From assembly GCA_937911745.1 (NCBI GenBank), contig CALDPX010000067.1:5721-69720 (forward strand): a stretch of 64,000 nt of DNA. The letters are read 5' to 3'. Below the pieces are notes generated by a model. The model ran no database searches. It saw nothing but the letters and a program-made list of their open reading frames with translations, and was not told the origin of the DNA. Origin of the DNA: an uncultured Alistipes sp. Lineage in GTDB: Bacteria; Bacteroidota; Bacteroidia; Bacteroidales; Rikenellaceae. Position numbers and translations under genes: made by a program. Positions 61,084 to 64,000 of this stretch are shown piece by piece. Numbering within the stretch: the first letter of the stretch is position 1; each line of letters begins with the position of its first letter.

Positions 61084-62292
61084 ATGTTGAAAATTTCGGC
61101 AAAGAGCCACACGCTTCCCATCTCGCCCATCCGCAGGCTTGTGCCGCTGGCAGAGGCTGCCGCAGCAAGGGGTACTCACATCTACAAACTCAACATCGGA
61201 CAGCCCGACATCCTCTCGCCCGAGGAGGCTGTAAGAGCGGTGCAGGGTATCAGCGACCAGATATATCCCTACTCCCACTCGGCAGGATTGTTGTCGTATC
61301 GCAAAAAACTCGTGGAGTACTACGCCAAGAACGGCATAGACCTCTCGATAGACGACATTATTGTGACGCTCGGAGGTACGGAGGCGGCACAGATGGCTAT
61401 GCTCATTTGCGCCAACCCCGGCGAGGAGATTTTGGTCCCCGAGCCTTTCTATGCAAACTACAACACATTCGCTGCGAGTTACGACACCATACTTGTGCCC
61501 GTGCCGAGCAGCATAGACAACGACTTTGCGCTCCCCTCGCGAGAGGAGTTCCTAAAACGCATTACCCCTCGCACACGCGCCATACTTATATGTAACCCCA
61601 ACAACCCTACGGGACACCTATACACTCGCGAAGAGATGGAGATGCTTGCCGATATGGCTGCACACTACAACCTCTATCTGATAAGTGATGAGGTCTATCG
61701 TGAGTTCTGCTACGATGGCACCAAGCAGGTGTCGGCACTATCGCTGAAAGGCATTGACGACAATGTGGTGGTTATTGACTCCGTATCGAAACGATATAGT
61801 ATGTGTGGTGTGAGGCTCGGCAACATCGTCAGCCGCAATAAGGAGGTTATGGCTGCCGCACTGAAACTCGCACAGGCACGCCTATCGCCACCCTACTTGG
61901 CACAAATTGCCGCCTCGGCAGCGATGGATGCCCCGCAGAAGTACTACGATGATGTAGTGGCAGAGTACACTGCAAGGCGCGACTGCCTGGTCGAAGAACT
62001 CAACAAAATCCCCGGTGTCTACTCGCCCAAGCCTCAGGGTGCATTCTACACTATGGCACGTTTCCCCGTAGATGACTGCCATAAGTTCGCCTGCTGGCTG
62101 CTGACGGACTTTTCTTATAAGGGTGCCACGGTGCAACTCGCCCCTGCGAGTGGATTCTACGCCACCAAGGGCAAGGGCACACAGGAGGCACGCATCGCCT
62201 ACGTTCTGTGCAAGGAGGACTTGCTTGCAGCGTGCGAAATTCTGCGCGAGGCACTGAAAGTCTATCCCGGAAGGATTGAGCAATCAGAGTAA
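61084..62292 (+). CDS. PLP-dependent aminotransferase class I/II
   Basis: LNIGQPD, NPNNPTG, SDEVY, DSVSKRYSMCG.R.G, P.GAFY. Confidence 0.95.
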   Translation: MLKISAKSHTLPISPIRRLVPLAEAAAARGTHIYKLNIGQPDILSPEEAVRAVQGISDQIYPYSHSAGLLSYRKKLVEYYAKNGIDLSIDDIIVTLGGTEAAQMAMLICANPGEEILVPEPFYANYNTFAASYDTILVPVPSSIDNDFALPSREEFLKRITPRTRAILICNPNNPTGHLYTREEMEMLADMAAHYNLYLISDEVYREFCYDGTKQVSALSLKGIDDNVVVIDSVSKRYSMCGVRLGNIVSRNKEVMAAALKLAQARLSPPYLAQIAASAAMDAPQKYYDDVVAEYTARRDCLVEELNKIPGVYSPKPQGAFYTMARFPVDDCHKFACWLLTDFSYKGATVQLAPASGFYATKGKGTQEARIAYVLCKEDLLAACEILREALKVYPGRIEQSE

Positions 62293-62319
62293 CACTCTCT
62301 TTTCGCAAACCAAATAGAG

Positions 62320-62793
62320 ATGAAAAAGATACTTTTTGTCTGCCTCGGAAATATATGCCGCTCCTCGGCGGCGGATGAGATAATGCGCCAGCAGGTGCTC
62401 TCGGCAGGACTTGGCAATGAGTTCGAAATTGACTCGGCAGGTACCTATGGCGGTCACGCAGGCGACCTCCCCGACCCCCGAATGAGGGCTGCGGGCAAGA
62501 GGCGAGGCTACAACTTCACACACCGTAGTCGCAAGGTGCGCTCGGAGGATTTTGAACGCTTCGACCTATTGCTGGCTATGGACGACTCGGTCTATGAGTC
62601 GCTCAGCCGCCTTGCACCAACCGTAGATTCGCTCCAAAAATTGGAACGTATGACGGACTACATACCCAGCCACTTCGGCTACGACTACGTTCCCGACCCC
62701 TACTACGAGGGAGCCGAAGGTTTCGAACTTGTCCTCGATATGCTCGAAGAGGGATGCAGGGAACTGCTTAAAGAGTTGAGAATTGAGAATTGA
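62320..62793 (+). CDS. Low molecular weight protein-tyrosine phosphatase
   Basis: CLGNICRS P-loop, DSAGT, DPYY. Confidence 0.96.
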   Translation: MKKILFVCLGNICRSSAADEIMRQQVLSAGLGNEFEIDSAGTYGGHAGDLPDPRMRAAGKRRGYNFTHRSRKVRSEDFERFDLLLAMDDSVYESLSRLAPTVDSLQKLERMTDYIPSHFGYDYVPDPYYEGAEGFELVLDMLEEGCRELLKELRIEN

Positions 62794-63180
62794 GAATTGA
62801 GAAAATCGCGAGTAAGCGAGAGTTGAGTTTTTCTTGTAAAGACATTAAGGTCCTTAAACTCTTATAAGCCCTATATGCCTTATATGCCTTAGGACTATTG
62901 ACGTTAGACGTTAGACAAAAACGATTTTTGCGGAAGAAATTTTATGCCAAACAAGAAGGCGAGTCCGCAGTTTACTTGGGTAGGTGGTGATAAAATTTCA
63001 AATAGGCGAGCGTATTTTAGGCGGAGGCGTAACGCCTCTTTTGTGCTGGGATTTCTCCCCAAAGCGGTAAATAATCATAGAACGAGATGAATGCAAGGCA
63101 TACAAGAAAGCGGGCTCCGCAGTTTACACGAGGTAAATGAGGAAGCCCGCTTATCGCAGTATAACGCAGCAGTCGCTCGT
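62772..63180. repeat. Mosaic intergenic element (heptamers, nonamers, truncated and full REP-like copies 6-7)
   Basis: AATTGAG units; TAAGGTCCTTAAA; GAGTCCGCAGTTTAC at about 62961; AAGCGGGCTCCGCAGTTTAC-ACGAG-GTAAATGAGGAAGCCCGCTT at 63108-63152. Confidence 0.7.
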
Positions 63181-63192
63181 TATATGATTATT

Positions 63193-64000
<808 letters not shown>

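Overview
Core-genome window of a Bacteroidales bacterium. The lineage call rests on many TAnnTTTG promoter boxes, AT-rich SD-less translation starts, and the rpsL-rpsG-fusA-rpsJ order with no tuf; an Alistipes/Rikenellaceae affinity is my inference. In order it holds: an RND efflux operon (OMF cut by the left edge), surE, rplS, a long minus-strand cluster (LysE-cmk-ispH-hyp-S41-HK-DUF4271-hemD-like-rnpA-yidD), lnt-folC-SDR, a Dpm1/Ppm1-like GT, an FAD oxidoreductase, a GT2-Stealth-GT2 cassette, rsmG, rpmH, tRNA-Thr(CGT), cstA, ferritin, the complete str-S10-spc-alpha cluster, leuS, mntP, an AT-rich lipoprotein islet, dnaX, tyrS, folE, a solo groES, a second S41 protease, DUF3078, nfo, mscL, an aminotransferase, an LMW-PTP and gap (cut by the right edge). 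I saw no transposase, integrase, phage gene or CRISPR array. The most interesting signals are non-coding: (1) an A9 slippage site in dnaX with stops in both shifted frames; (2) a long structured leader carrying a 33-codon sORF before the AT-rich gene; (3) a covarying REP-like hairpin family and mosaic intergenic elements; (4) heptamer arrays placed at promoter -33 positions or at stop codons; (5) 56-bp inverted repeats bracketing tyrS-folE; (6) a sigma54-type promoter on groES; (7) a tRNA trailer that pairs back into the acceptor strand. All calls are by eye; no database searches were run.
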